Part shown: positions 8,305 to 17,944 of the stretch, one piece after another
Layout of the letters: the number at the start of each line of letters is the position of its first letter
Position numbering within the stretch: the first letter of the stretch is position 1
Assembly (NCBI GenBank): GCA_041664605.1
Contig: JBAYKO010000003.1
Location: forward strand, 6,858 to 70,857
Length of the DNA stretch: 64,000 nt
Reading direction: 5' to 3'
From: Minisyncoccota bacterium
GTDB taxonomy: Bacteria > Patescibacteriota > Minisyncoccia > Phycocordibacterales > UBA9973
The notes under the pieces: generated by a model
What the model saw: only the letters and a program-made list of their open reading frames with translations
The model's database searches: none
What the model was told of the DNA's origin: nothing
Position numbers and translations under genes: made by a program

Positions 8305-8538
8305 TTACGACCACTTTCCCATTGAATACTGATACAAGGCAAAATCCGCATCATGAAATGTGAGGTCGTCCAACTCCATGAGCCTGAGCTCTCGTTCGTT
8401 TCCTTCGAGATTTTGGTAGATAAGGGTGATTAATTCCTTCTTTTGCTTAGGAGATATCATTTGGACCTCTGGCGGATATTTCAGCGGAAAGTAGCTCCGT
8501 GCCGAATCGCCACAGCCGACAGTAATTGTGTTTGTCAT
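8305..8538 (-). CDS. hypothetical protein (77 aa)
   Basis: ORF only. Confidence 0.4.
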   Translation of the reverse strand: MTNTITVGCGDSARSYFPLKYPPEVQMISPKQKKELITLIYQNLEGNERELRLMELDDLTFHDADFALYQYSMGKWS

Positions 8539-8559
8539 AGATATGTAGTTGGTTGATAA

Positions 8560-9111
8560 TTACTTCTTCACAAAGGACTGGATTTTTTCAGATGCTTCGT
8601 CCTTGGTCAGCATGTTGATCTGTGATTCCCAATATTTTCTCTTTTGTTCATCGACCACATTTACTTTGATGAGCTTCTGCAGGTACGACTTCTGGGCATC
8701 GGTGGCAGGTTCAGTGGCACGATCCGCCTCTTTGACTGGAATGTCGACATCTTTCTGCTCGTTTGGCTGGAGGTATAGGGCATCGAGCATTTTAGTGGAT
8801 CTTACTATTGCATCCACTATTGAGGCACAGTAGGCATAGCGAGTACTGCGTTCTATGTACTTGTTCAGTCTGTTCAATACGGCACTGCCTCTGCCAATTC
8901 CTAGAGTCTCAGTACCTCTTTTGAGGGTGCAGATAAAGGCAACGAAGTTAGGGACATGTTTGAATTGAGCAACTGTAGCAGTGTCTTCCTCGACTTGGAC
9001 CGTCAGATTGAATGTACCGATGTTCTTTTCTACTTCCTCCTGTATAGGGCTCAGACGGACCTGTTTTGCCCTATATGGTGATGTTATGTGCGGTTTGTAT
9101 GTGTCGTTCAT
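8560..9111 (-). CDS. hypothetical protein (183 aa), last gene of a 3-gene operon
   Basis: Start overlaps the stop of the upstream 60-aa gene by 4 nt. Confidence 0.5.
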   Translation of the reverse strand: MNDTYKPHITSPYRAKQVRLSPIQEEVEKNIGTFNLTVQVEEDTATVAQFKHVPNFVAFICTLKRGTETLGIGRGSAVLNRLNKYIERSTRYAYCASIVDAIVRSTKMLDALYLQPNEQKDVDIPVKEADRATEPATDAQKSYLQKLIKVNVVDEQKRKYWESQINMLTKDEASEKIQSFVKK

Positions 9112-9290
9112 ATGGTTTTGGTTACTTTAGTGATAATAATTTGATTTGACAGGTATTCGATCACTGCTTTGTCGGAAACAGAGAATCCGGCATTCTTTAG
9201 AAAGTTATTTGATATGACAATCTTTGGTAAGACAGTATCCGTATACTTTCTGGGGTGATTCATGTAACCAATTTGGATTTCTCTTTTCAT
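9108..9290 (-). CDS. AbrB/SymE-like swapped-hairpin small protein (60 aa)
   Basis: HPRKYTDTVLPKIVISNNFLKNAGFSVSDKAVIEY..IIITKV resembles the SpoVT_AbrB / SymE-toxin pattern (P.I.L.G.WL..GF..GD.V.V...G.I.I). Confidence 0.5.
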   Translation of the reverse strand: MKREIQIGYMNHPRKYTDTVLPKIVISNNFLKNAGFSVSDKAVIEYLSNQIIITKVTKTI

Positions 9291-9610
9291 ACAGATTTTT
9301 TATGATCAACCGGCTCTATTTGACGATAATAGAAAAGAAACACTGGACGACGAAACCGTTTTAGGACATTACCGTTGGCATCCTTTGTTTCCACATAAGT
9401 GATCGACTCAATGGCTTTTTCACCTTTACGAACTTTAAACCCTAATTTCAGCCACGAATTGAATGTTCGCATATTGTGATAACAGTCTAGGTTACGGAGT
9501 TCTGACTTGCCATACTTCGCAATAACCTGTTCCTCGACCATTGACTTCGTTTCTTCTGATCCTGTATAGGCGGACACTGGACCAGAGAGTATTTCATTAA
9601 TATTTTTCAT
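9287..9610 (-). CDS. small protein with an ArdC-N-like (DUF1738-like) ssDNA-binding motif
   Basis: MRTFNSWLKLGFKVRKGEKAI resembles the ArdC N-terminal motif (W.TF.QA..LG..VRKGEK) as recalled. The protein is shorter than a full ArdC-N domain. Confidence 0.4.
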   Translation of the reverse strand: MKNINEILSGPVSAYTGSEETKSMVEEQVIAKYGKSELRNLDCYHNMRTFNSWLKLGFKVRKGEKAIESITYVETKDANGNVLKRFRRPVFLFYYRQIEPVDHKKSV

Positions 9611-9922
9611 CGATAAATAATAATGGGTTAATAATATAGCTCAGTGACTAGCTGAGCTGAAAGAGACAAGCTCTGCAGTTCTTATCTCTCAAAGAAATAG
9701 TTTTCTTGTGGCTGAGTGCGACTGATAGTTATAGTAGGTAGTAGTGACGGTGATTGTAATAGTAACTGCAATGTAATGGCTTCGGTAATAACAGAGGGTG
9801 GGGAGTGGTTTTAGGGTCCCATATAGGCGTCGGTAAGACACTGTGGGTATGGAAGGAAGCTGTCGCCGGAGCATTTGCCCAATATTCGGCCATTGGCGTG
9901 GTACTAATGTTAAGATTAATTC

Positions 9923-10567
9923 ATGCCTAATAATTTTGTGGAAGAAAGCTATGTCCTCGACACGCACTCTATCCTAAATGACCTAAAACGAATCAGAGAG
10001 GGCGAAACCGTAGACGGGATGATCACCATTCATAACGAAACAAAAGGGATCCAGTTGCATTATTGGAGCCTTGATAAGCATGGCGAAAAGTATATTGTCC
10101 TCAGTCTGCTTAATGTCGAACCACAGGAGATCGCCCTACAGTCCTTCCCCTTGAAATATGGCGATAGGAGCTTCTATACCTGCCCTAGTTGCTTAAAACG
10201 GTGCAATAAGCTGTATGTGCGTTCCGATGAGTGGACCGGCTTTAAATGCGTTAGATGCCAAGGATTGCGGTATCGGCTGACCTCTCTTAATTTGTATTCC
10301 AGAATAGGGCGAATGGCGTACCGGACCGATCAGCTAGACAAGTTCTTTAATAATGGGAAAAAGACGCCAAGGATCTTCTATCGTGGACAGGAAACGAAGC
10401 CGTTTATTGCATATTCAAAAAAGATGTGGAAACTAGGCATGCAAGACAAAGTACAATACGGTTTTAAATTAATTTCAGAAATTAAAAATGCATCTCAGAG
10501 ATTTTCGGCGATGTCTAATGATTTTGGTAAAAGTGGGAACCTAGCTGGTCGGCGGACCAATTTGTAA
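9923..10567 (+). CDS. hypothetical protein with a CxxC..CxxC zinc-ribbon (214 aa)
   Basis: CPSCLKRC..CVRCQ motif pair; no other motif recognised. Confidence 0.5.
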   Translation: MPNNFVEESYVLDTHSILNDLKRIREGETVDGMITIHNETKGIQLHYWSLDKHGEKYIVLSLLNVEPQEIALQSFPLKYGDRSFYTCPSCLKRCNKLYVRSDEWTGFKCVRCQGLRYRLTSLNLYSRIGRMAYRTDQLDKFFNNGKKTPRIFYRGQETKPFIAYSKKMWKLGMQDKVQYGFKLISEIKNASQRFSAMSNDFGKSGNLAGRRTNL

Positions 10568-10650
10568 TATTTTTGGAGTGTTTTCTAGTTCAAGAATAGG
10601 TGGGCCTGAAAAAATTCAGCATAAATTTTTAGACTTTTCTGTTTACTAAA

Positions 10651-11676
10651 TTATCTTGTCCATGCAATATAGTATTCAAAACGGACATGTGTTTTATCTG
10701 GAGACGAATTTATTCTGGGAATTTCAAATTGAATTACTGACCTTACATCTCCTGCAAATGGTTCTGCGTGAATATTGCATAGATGTGCCATAAGGGTTTC
10801 AAAAGATGTCTGTAATCTTTCAAGTGTATTGGCCATAAACTTTGATATTAACATTTCATGAAGAGGAGTTTTGGGGTCTATGTGTGATAGTATCGGTGGC
10901 CTTACATGACCTTCTTTATTTAAAGAGTAATCTTGTATATCAAGCTCTGCACCTGTAGTAGTATGTTCAATAGCATTACGTAGACTGCGTATGAGTTTTA
11001 ACCATGATACAAGTCCTCCAGCAAATTTAGTACTTGGGTCCGTTGGTCCTTTTTCCTTTTCAAACTTTTCTTGAAGTTGCTCCGCCCAAATTTTCCCTCG
11101 CTTCTTATTATTCTTCGTAATATCAGGGTAAAACAACTGTGCCATTTCAATCAGATGTAAAATTGCGTAATCTGAATTATTTATAAACTGTTTTGTCCTT
11201 TGTTCTAGCTTATGTATGGTAGGAAGATGAAGTGACTGGTCTTCCTCGAGTTTACCTTTGAATGACAAATTTGCCTTGTCTTCTTCGGTAATATAGTCAT
11301 TCGCAAGTTCGTGTAGTGCTGTTATTTCTTTAAGGAAAGCGAGTCCAATATTTAAACCCTTTTTGCAGTCAATCGTACTAGGCAGTCCTTGCTCTCCAAA
11401 TAAGGCTTGTGCTTGAAGAAGTGTCCTGCCAACAAATAGCTCATCTGAACCATACGAAAGAATTTTCTGCTGACTTTGTTTAGGTATTGCTGAATTAGTT
11501 CTTTCTGGATCAACAGAATCAGCAAGAATAGGAGTATAAATACCTTTTCTTGTTACAACCAGCAAAGAATCACCAGTATTTATCATGGCGGAAATACCTA
11601 GGTCTTCTTTGTCTCCAATTTTGATCCATCCTCCTTCATTACGATATGCAAACGGATCTTTATTTTCTGTTGTCAT
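10651..11676 (-). CDS. 341-aa partner protein of the ABC ATPase; carries an RNxxxH (HEPN-like) motif
   Basis: Start lies 2 nt after the ATPase stop. Motif LIRSLRNAIEHTTTG fits R[NDH]xxxH. Confidence 0.55.
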   Translation of the reverse strand: MTTENKDPFAYRNEGGWIKIGDKEDLGISAMINTGDSLLVVTRKGIYTPILADSVDPERTNSAIPKQSQQKILSYGSDELFVGRTLLQAQALFGEQGLPSTIDCKKGLNIGLAFLKEITALHELANDYITEEDKANLSFKGKLEEDQSLHLPTIHKLEQRTKQFINNSDYAILHLIEMAQLFYPDITKNNKKRGKIWAEQLQEKFEKEKGPTDPSTKFAGGLVSWLKLIRSLRNAIEHTTTGAELDIQDYSLNKEGHVRPPILSHIDPKTPLHEMLISKFMANTLERLQTSFETLMAHLCNIHAEPFAGDVRSVIQFEIPRINSSPDKTHVRFEYYIAWTR

Positions 11677-11677
11677 T

Positions 11678-14266
11678 TTATGTTATTAAATTTTTAACTT
11701 CTTGAATATCTTTTTTTAATTTTTCAATATTATCCGGCATGGCATGCTGTATCATTTCGTTTGATTGATCATGAGCATCTATATACCGACTAAATTCCTC
11801 GTGGAGTTCCTTTGCTTTTTCAAGCTTTGATTTGTTAAGGGTTGCTCTAGGTATATTACGCATCTGAATTTGCTCGGACCATCTTGTAACAACTTTCCCA
11901 AATATCTTTTCTTCCACGGCCTTTTCTATAGCTTTTCTTAAGTTACTGTAGGCGGTTCTAATACCATCTCTTTTACTCTCACCGCTTAAACTTGAAAGAG
12001 AAGTGAACATCCCATCAACCTTTTGAACTTGTGCATTAAAGTTAATAGATCCAGCATAATCATTTTCAGTTACTACACCAGCATCGATATCATTTTTCTC
12101 GACTTTATGAAAGGCTGCTTTTATACTATCTACTTCATGATTTTCCTTTTCAACTTGTTCGTGTAAATAGTTAGCAAACATCAAATCATGAGTGAAAACA
12201 ATGACTTGTCGTGATTCAGATTCCTTGACAATTCTTTTGGCGATTTTTTCTTTTCTGTCATGGTCAAAACTGGTAGCAGGATCGTCAAATATGACAGGGG
12301 TCTTTTCACCTTGCATTGCCAATTCAGCAAAAAAATCAGAGAGTGCAACTGCCTTTTGTTCTCCTTCGCTTAAAAACTGATTAATATGGTCCATCCCGCT
12401 TAAGCTTTTCTCTCTCATTTGCGAACCATATTCACCTCGAAAATTCAAGTTTACATTTGGTGCATCGAGACTTGCGACTTCAGTGTTGAATTGCCGTTTA
12501 AATGAATCTGACACTAATTCCTTCCATGCTTTCATCCCGAGCTCTGTTATAGGTCTGGTATTAAATTTAACCGCAAGAGAGCTTGCTTTTGCTATCCATT
12601 GATTAATTCCGATGTATTTTTCTACATGTCTTTTATATTTTGAAAATTTCTGAATATCTTTCATTTCAACCTCTGCCAGATTCAACTCTACTGAACGACG
12701 GTTAAAATTTCGCTGTGCTTCATTAAGCTGTTTTATATCGTTTTCAATTTTCGCTTTCACTAATCCAGTACTGGTTATAAGACCACTGATATTCAACGGT
12801 TTCAGTTTACCTGCTTTTTTCGTGTTCAAGCATCCAATAACCTGCTGGATTAAAGCATCCGCATTATCCATGGCGTCAAATGAAGAATGAGCTAGTTTTT
12901 TCGTAAGTATTTTTACGAAGTCGTTTTTTTTATATGGAAAATTATTACTAAATGAAATATCTTCCAAATTTGAAAGTGCTTCATCAAGCTCATTCTCTAT
13001 GTCCTCGAAATCATTTGACTCCTCTTCTTCGAAGAGCTTCCTGTAGAGTTGTATGAGTTTGGTCGCTGTCTTGCTAAGCTTTTGCTGACAATAGATACAA
13101 TTATCAGCCTCCTCGGGATAATTTTCATGATAGGCAATATCAGTATACGATTCTCCTGCTTCGATGAATTTTTCCCATTCATCCGATGCCATTTCCGGAA
13201 TTTTATAATCATCCAGTGTTTTTCCTTTCTTTTCCGTAAATTTCTTCTTGCTTATGTTGAATTTTTTTATCAATTGTAAATAAGTGCGAACACTCGCTGG
13301 CGAAGTCTCTGTTTTAATTTCTTCCAATTTTTCCTGCAGGGCAGTCACTTTCTGTAATCTTGTTTGTAGATTTTCAAATTGCAGGTCCATGTTTTGTAAG
13401 CTCTTGGACTCTTTGATGTTCGCTAACAGTGCTTCCTTGGCAGACTGACCCCACTGAGGAAGTTTATTTAAGTCTGCAACTTTTGTTGAAGGACCAATAC
13501 TATTAATAAATTTTCCTATTGTAGTTCCACTATTGAAAATACCTTCAAGTGGCGGTTTGTCGTCTTCTGCTTTCTGTATATGGTTTGTCATTCGCTGCTG
13601 TAAACCAGTCAATGCACGTGAAGCAGATTGGAATAATTCAAAACCATATGGTTGATAGGAAAAATCGAGTCCTTCGGTTAAGTAGATTGGAATACATTCT
13701 CCATCAAAAATACTCATTCGATTGAATGGGGTTAATGTATTATGGCCATCCCACATAACTGTTCGATCCGTACCATTATTAAACACAATCTTTACCTTAC
13801 ACTCATTCTTTTTTTTTGAGTTATTTATATTTTGCCAAATATCTTCCTGCGTTCTCGATGCACTGATTCTCTTCAAAATACGGACAAAGCCTGATTTACC
13901 ACTTCCATTTTTACCATAAATTACAGTGAGTCGTGAGTGGAATGATAGTGTTGCCCCTTTGACTAGTGCATTCACGCCATCCTCATGTACTAAATTCTTA
14001 AGTTCAAATCCATTGTTAGCAGTCAAAGGTCTAGCAATTACCGGAGTAGGGGTTTTAATGTCGGTACTTTTTTCTTTGGCATCACTCAGTCCGTGTGTAA
14101 TCAAAAAATCTTCGTATATTGTGTCTAAAAACGTATTGTCAGGAACGGCACGGATGGAAATGATCCGATCCAGTAACGGACTCATCCATTGTTCACGATC
14201 TTGAGCCCCAAATTCCTTTAGGTAGTCGTCAGCTTTAGTTTTTGGAATAGGAGTAACTTCTGACAT
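11678..14266 (-). CDS. large ABC-type ATPase with a coiled-coil insert and central CxxC zinc hook (RloC/Rad50-like), plus a ~160-aa C-terminal extension
   Basis: Walker A GKNGSGKSG (~aa 118). CIYC at ~aa 388, midway through the coiled coil. ABC signature LSEGEQ, Walker B VIFDDP and H-loop VIVFTHD at ~aa 640-700. C-terminal tail contains SRYIDAH (Rx4H). Confidence 0.8.
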   Translation of the reverse strand: MSEVTPIPKTKADDYLKEFGAQDREQWMSPLLDRIISIRAVPDNTFLDTIYEDFLITHGLSDAKEKSTDIKTPTPVIARPLTANNGFELKNLVHEDGVNALVKGATLSFHSRLTVIYGKNGSGKSGFVRILKRISASRTQEDIWQNINNSKKKNECKVKIVFNNGTDRTVMWDGHNTLTPFNRMSIFDGECIPIYLTEGLDFSYQPYGFELFQSASRALTGLQQRMTNHIQKAEDDKPPLEGIFNSGTTIGKFINSIGPSTKVADLNKLPQWGQSAKEALLANIKESKSLQNMDLQFENLQTRLQKVTALQEKLEEIKTETSPASVRTYLQLIKKFNISKKKFTEKKGKTLDDYKIPEMASDEWEKFIEAGESYTDIAYHENYPEEADNCIYCQQKLSKTATKLIQLYRKLFEEEESNDFEDIENELDEALSNLEDISFSNNFPYKKNDFVKILTKKLAHSSFDAMDNADALIQQVIGCLNTKKAGKLKPLNISGLITSTGLVKAKIENDIKQLNEAQRNFNRRSVELNLAEVEMKDIQKFSKYKRHVEKYIGINQWIAKASSLAVKFNTRPITELGMKAWKELVSDSFKRQFNTEVASLDAPNVNLNFRGEYGSQMREKSLSGMDHINQFLSEGEQKAVALSDFFAELAMQGEKTPVIFDDPATSFDHDRKEKIAKRIVKESESRQVIVFTHDLMFANYLHEQVEKENHEVDSIKAAFHKVEKNDIDAGVVTENDYAGSINFNAQVQKVDGMFTSLSSLSGESKRDGIRTAYSNLRKAIEKAVEEKIFGKVVTRWSEQIQMRNIPRATLNKSKLEKAKELHEEFSRYIDAHDQSNEMIQHAMPDNIEKLKKDIQEVKNLIT

Positions 14267-14356
14267 ATATTTTTATTCCTCCCAGAGCTTGGCTAAGGTG
14301 GCTTTAGTTTTCTGTTCGTAAATCTCGATCAGTTTTTTGTTGCCTATTTTCATATA

Positions 14357-15436
14357 TTATTTTATAAACCTTACCTGTAGGTTTAATTTCATAAAGTACC
14401 GTCCACCTTCTTTGAATACACTTATTGGATATCGAGTTGTACTCGGTGTATCAAGCTTGGTGTTATTTATTAAATAATCCCTAAAATCTTCTATATTGTA
14501 TAAATAATAACAAAGCACATCACCGTCTTTTTTTACCAACAAAAAACCACCCAAACTAGTAAGTATCCCATTCCATTCTTTATTAGGCATCATCCCTAAA
14601 GCCATCACGCTTAAAAATTCTTTTATTTTATGAATTGGTTGAATATTTTGCTTGTCGGCTATTGGAAAATTTATTTCCAATAAATCAGAAAAACTAGTCG
14701 CACCTCTGGAATAGAAAGATAATAGAATTTTTGCTATGTGCAACGCCAAATTACTATCAATCAACGACATATTGTTTTTAAATTTCTCACTATCAACATT
14801 ATGCAAAACTATGTTATATCCACTACTTATCAAGAGACCGACATTATCCTTCACATTTTTAGCGTGTAGCTTTGGTAATTTAATTGGTACCTTCATTTTT
14901 TCATCGAGAATTTCAAAAGTGAAGCTTGTCGCCTTTGATGAGTTAAGAAGCGTTGACGGACTGCCCAGTTGTGACTTTATACTAAAACCAATTTCAGGAC
15001 TTGGTTTTTTCGTCTTTACATCAAAAACCACTAAGTCTAAGTCTTTTTTATCAGAGCTAGATGCTTTAATAATTTCCTTCTGCAAAATTTGCATCATTTC
15101 TGACCCAACTTCTAATGGAAAAGATCGACCCTCATTTTTGACTGAGAGATTATTGAACATTCTATTTAAAATTGACTCGATTTTTTTTACTTTTACAGAG
15201 GCTACTTTATTTTTTCCAGAAAAAATATCAACGACTTCTTGACCTATTTCATATGTAACTTTTTCCTTTCCTGCTTTTTCAGAAAAAATTATTTTTAGTA
15301 CCTTGTAAAATAAATCTTCTCTACGATTTTGATATTTGTCTGCAGCGTATGCACCACCATTTACCAATAGAAAAGCTAGTGCGTACAACTCACTCCACTC
15401 CCCAGTATTGCCAGTTGTCTGTTTTTGATTAATCAT
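14357..15436 (-). CDS. putative type II restriction endonuclease cognate to the upstream m5C-MTase
   Basis: Start overlaps the MTase stop by 8 nt. No catalytic motif recognised, so the call is positional. Confidence 0.45.
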   Translation of the reverse strand: MINQKQTTGNTGEWSELYALAFLLVNGGAYAADKYQNRREDLFYKVLKIIFSEKAGKEKVTYEIGQEVVDIFSGKNKVASVKVKKIESILNRMFNNLSVKNEGRSFPLEVGSEMMQILQKEIIKASSSDKKDLDLVVFDVKTKKPSPEIGFSIKSQLGSPSTLLNSSKATSFTFEILDEKMKVPIKLPKLHAKNVKDNVGLLISSGYNIVLHNVDSEKFKNNMSLIDSNLALHIAKILLSFYSRGATSFSDLLEINFPIADKQNIQPIHKIKEFLSVMALGMMPNKEWNGILTSLGGFLLVKKDGDVLCYYLYNIEDFRDYLINNTKLDTPSTTRYPISVFKEGGRYFMKLNLQVRFIK

Positions 15437-16328
15437 AATGATTTTCTAACGCCTCAATTATTTTTTTTGCATAATCCTGTATTGCATAAATTGCCACACT
15501 GTTGCCTAACTGCTTCATGGCCTGGCTTTCTGTAACAGGAAATATAAAATCTTCAGGAAAGCCCTGCATTTTTTTCCCTTCTTTTGAAGTAATTCTTTTT
15601 ACTTTTCCGTTCACCAAATAGCTGTCCCAATTTCGTCTGTCGGTAATATTGGACCCCTTACCACCAACTCTAAGAGTAAAACCAACTTCTTTATTTACCT
15701 TTGCTCCATCAAAGACATCGGACATGGTAAATTTTAAAGGTCTTTTTTGTGGAAATTCAAAAGGTATTTTTTTGTTTTTAAAACCAATCATAAACAAACG
15801 GGGGCGGTTCTGTGGCAGGCCGTGCTCCGATGCTTTTACAATATTAAAATGAAGAGAATATCCCAAATCTTTAGTCAAAACATTACTAATTACTTCAAAT
15901 GTTTTTCCATTATCGTGAGCAAGTAAACCCCTGACATTTTCCAAAAAGAATGCTTTTGGTTTTTTTACACGAATAATTTCTGCAATGTTATAAAACAAGG
16001 TCCCACGTGTATCATTAAAACCTTTCTTGAAACCAGCCTGACTAAATGGCTGACACGGAAAGCCTCCAGTTAAAATATCAAAATTGGGTATTTTTTTTGG
16101 ATCGATTTTTGTAATATCTCCAACAAAATTTCCACTAGAAAATAATTCGGGGTCAATTTTTTCAAAATTTGTCTGGTATGTATTTCTTGCATGAGAATCC
16201 CATTCTGACGAAAAAACGCACTTGGCACCAACATTATTAAAAGCTATATGAAAACCTCCAATTCCTGCGAATAGATCAATAAATGTAAATTTTTTCTTTT
16301 TCATTTTAATATTTGCCATATATAACAA
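15429..16328 (-). CDS. DNA (cytosine-5)-methyltransferase
   Basis: Motif I DLFAGIGGF, motif IV GFPCQPFS, motif VI FLENVRGL, motif VIII QNRPRLF, motif X GNSVAI. Confidence 0.9.
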   Translation of the reverse strand: MLYMANIKMKKKKFTFIDLFAGIGGFHIAFNNVGAKCVFSSEWDSHARNTYQTNFEKIDPELFSSGNFVGDITKIDPKKIPNFDILTGGFPCQPFSQAGFKKGFNDTRGTLFYNIAEIIRVKKPKAFFLENVRGLLAHDNGKTFEVISNVLTKDLGYSLHFNIVKASEHGLPQNRPRLFMIGFKNKKIPFEFPQKRPLKFTMSDVFDGAKVNKEVGFTLRVGGKGSNITDRRNWDSYLVNGKVKRITSKEGKKMQGFPEDFIFPVTESQAMKQLGNSVAIYAIQDYAKKIIEALENHYD

Positions 16329-16366
16329 AAATATAGCATTTTAAGGCTTTAAAATCAATCTGATAC

Positions 16367-16397
16367 TTGACAGGAAAATGGATTTTTTTGATATAAT
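16367..16397 (+). promoter_or_regulatory. sigma70-like promoter with extended -10 (TTGACA-N19-TGaTATAAT)
   Basis: Lies 10 nt upstream of the 16407 ATG. The spacer is slightly long; the TG extended -10 compensates. Confidence 0.45.
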
Positions 16398-16406
16398 GAC
16401 TCGGTC

Positions 16407-17372
16407 ATGGACAGCATCAAAATACCAGATACGGGAGGACACGAAGGAACACAAAATCAGTGTTTTATTGTGCTTGATAAAAGTGGCAATGAACTTGTGG
16501 GGTGTATAAAAGAACTAACTTGGCTTTTTCAGCTTTTATTAAAAAAGGGAGACGGAGTTTATACGGATGGAGTCACAACGGCAGTCAAAGTAAGCACTCT
16601 CTTGGCGGGGCCTTTCTTCAAAGATAAAAACACAATACAAACAGATGTATGTACTCTAGTAATGCCAGTAATCGCAGATAAGGGCTTTCTTAGAAAATAT
16701 GACATGACAAAGTATCAGCCACACTACGAATACAATGGGGATTCTTTTGTTCAGGATGGCTCGGTCTTTTTTACTGACTTTACAGACGATTTTTTAATAG
16801 CATACATGGAAGACCGGCTTGGCATAAAAACTGGGCCTGGAATAAATGCTAATCAGAAAAGTAAAGTCATTTTACAGAAAACAAAGAAAAAGCGGTTACA
16901 GCTTCCGGACCTTCCGAACGATCTCAAGTGGGAAGAAATAACAATAAGGTTTCTAAATGGTGGTGAAGTACAAATCACGGCGAAAGGACTGGTTTATCAG
17001 GTAAGCCATGAACTAATGGGCTTTCAGGATGAAAAAACCAAGAAGCCTAACTTTCAGTGGAATTTGTTGAAACTACTTTCACTAAAGGGCGGTTACTTGA
17101 ATTGGAGTAACAACAGGGAGCTAGACATAAAAACAAGAGATCGGGTAAAAAAACAAAAACAGGGGCTGTCTGAGAGGTTAAAAGTATATTTTCATTCCGT
17201 TGAGGGCGACCCATTTTTTAACTACAGAACGGAAGATGGTTATAAAATCAGAATACAACTCATACCGGAACAAGGTAGCGATATTCAAGATACCATTGAA
17301 GCAATCAGTAATACCATGGATTATTACGACGAAGATAATGATGTAAACATCGGAGACTATTCCAAGGAATAA
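16407..17372 (+). CDS. hypothetical protein (321 aa), cargo gene
   Basis: Has its own promoter and terminator; no motif recognised. Confidence 0.5.
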   Translation: MDSIKIPDTGGHEGTQNQCFIVLDKSGNELVGCIKELTWLFQLLLKKGDGVYTDGVTTAVKVSTLLAGPFFKDKNTIQTDVCTLVMPVIADKGFLRKYDMTKYQPHYEYNGDSFVQDGSVFFTDFTDDFLIAYMEDRLGIKTGPGINANQKSKVILQKTKKKRLQLPDLPNDLKWEEITIRFLNGGEVQITAKGLVYQVSHELMGFQDEKTKKPNFQWNLLKLLSLKGGYLNWSNNRELDIKTRDRVKKQKQGLSERLKVYFHSVEGDPFFNYRTEDGYKIRIQLIPEQGSDIQDTIEAISNTMDYYDEDNDVNIGDYSKE

Positions 17373-17430
17373 GCACCGTTTTGAACGACCAGTGAATTCA
17401 CCCAAAACTAAATAAAAAGATATCGCTAAC

Positions 17431-17456
17431 GGCCCTTAATTTATAAGGGCTTTTTT
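17431..17456 (+). terminator. rho-independent terminator (GGCCCTTAAtttaTAAGGGC + TTTTTT)
   Basis: Hairpin followed by a T-run. Confidence 0.65.
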
Positions 17457-17553
17457 GCTGCCAATTTTTCACGGTGATTTTTCGCCACTAGTAAATATAG
17501 GACGGTCAGTCGAAACCAACACCTATATTTATTAACTAACATAAACAAATCGT

Positions 17554-17760
17554 ATGAAAGCAACGAAAGAAAAAGGAGGGTCTATGACGAAATCAAAAAA
17601 CATAGTGCCGTTGGAGGAGGCTAGAGAAACTTTTTTCAGAAGCATCAGAAATGCCATGAAGATATTCGAAATTTCTCTTTTGAAAAATCGTCTCGCAAGT
17701 TCAAAAAAAGGAAGAAATGTTGTTGATGCACTCATGGCTGATTGTTATAAGGAAAAATAA
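17554..17760 (+). CDS. hypothetical small basic protein (68 aa)
   Basis: ORF preceded by an inverted repeat AAATATAGG..CCTATATTT at ~17490-17530. Confidence 0.4.
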   Translation: MKATKEKGGSMTKSKNIVPLEEARETFFRSIRNAMKIFEISLLKNRLASSKKGRNVVDALMADCYKEK

Positions 17761-17918
17761 TGATTTCAGTGGATGATGCAAAAAGAATACTACAGGACGA
17801 CTCTATGTCCGACCAAGAAGTTGAGACAGCTATAAGCGACCTACAATTACTAGCAGAATTAATATTCGATCATTGGACCAATGAAAAGGCCAAAGAAAGA
17901 AAAAATTATAATAAGTAA
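17760..17918 (+). CDS. possible small ORF (52 aa), overlapping-stop coupled (TAATG)
   Basis: MISVDDAKRILQDD..; below the track cutoff. Confidence 0.3.
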   Translation: MISVDDAKRILQDDSMSDQEVETAISDLQLLAELIFDHWTNEKAKERKNYNK

Positions 17919-17944
17919 CGCTGTATATCAGCACAAAAAAATAT

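Noticed and set aside
9689-9967. 92-aa minus-strand ORF and periodic GTAGTAG/GTAATA low-complexity DNA at ~9700-9800
   Set aside because: Translation is repetitive (TITITVTTTYY). The region is probably a non-coding spacer between divergent operons. The periodicity is too short and irregular to be a CRISPR array or a tandem repeat of note.
14357-15436. Impression that the REase resembles the HpaII-family endonuclease (similar length, vague N-terminal resemblance)
   Set aside because: I cannot reproduce a reliable motif alignment from memory. It is kept as a generic putative REase based on operon position only.
16905-16925. CTTCCGGACCTTCCGAAC inside the 321-aa cargo gene as a possible further in-gene palindromic-repeat insertion
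   Set aside because: It is a direct CTTCCG duplication rather than the AAGGTCnGACCTT palindrome. It codes a plausible LPDLPNDL segment, so the evidence is insufficient.
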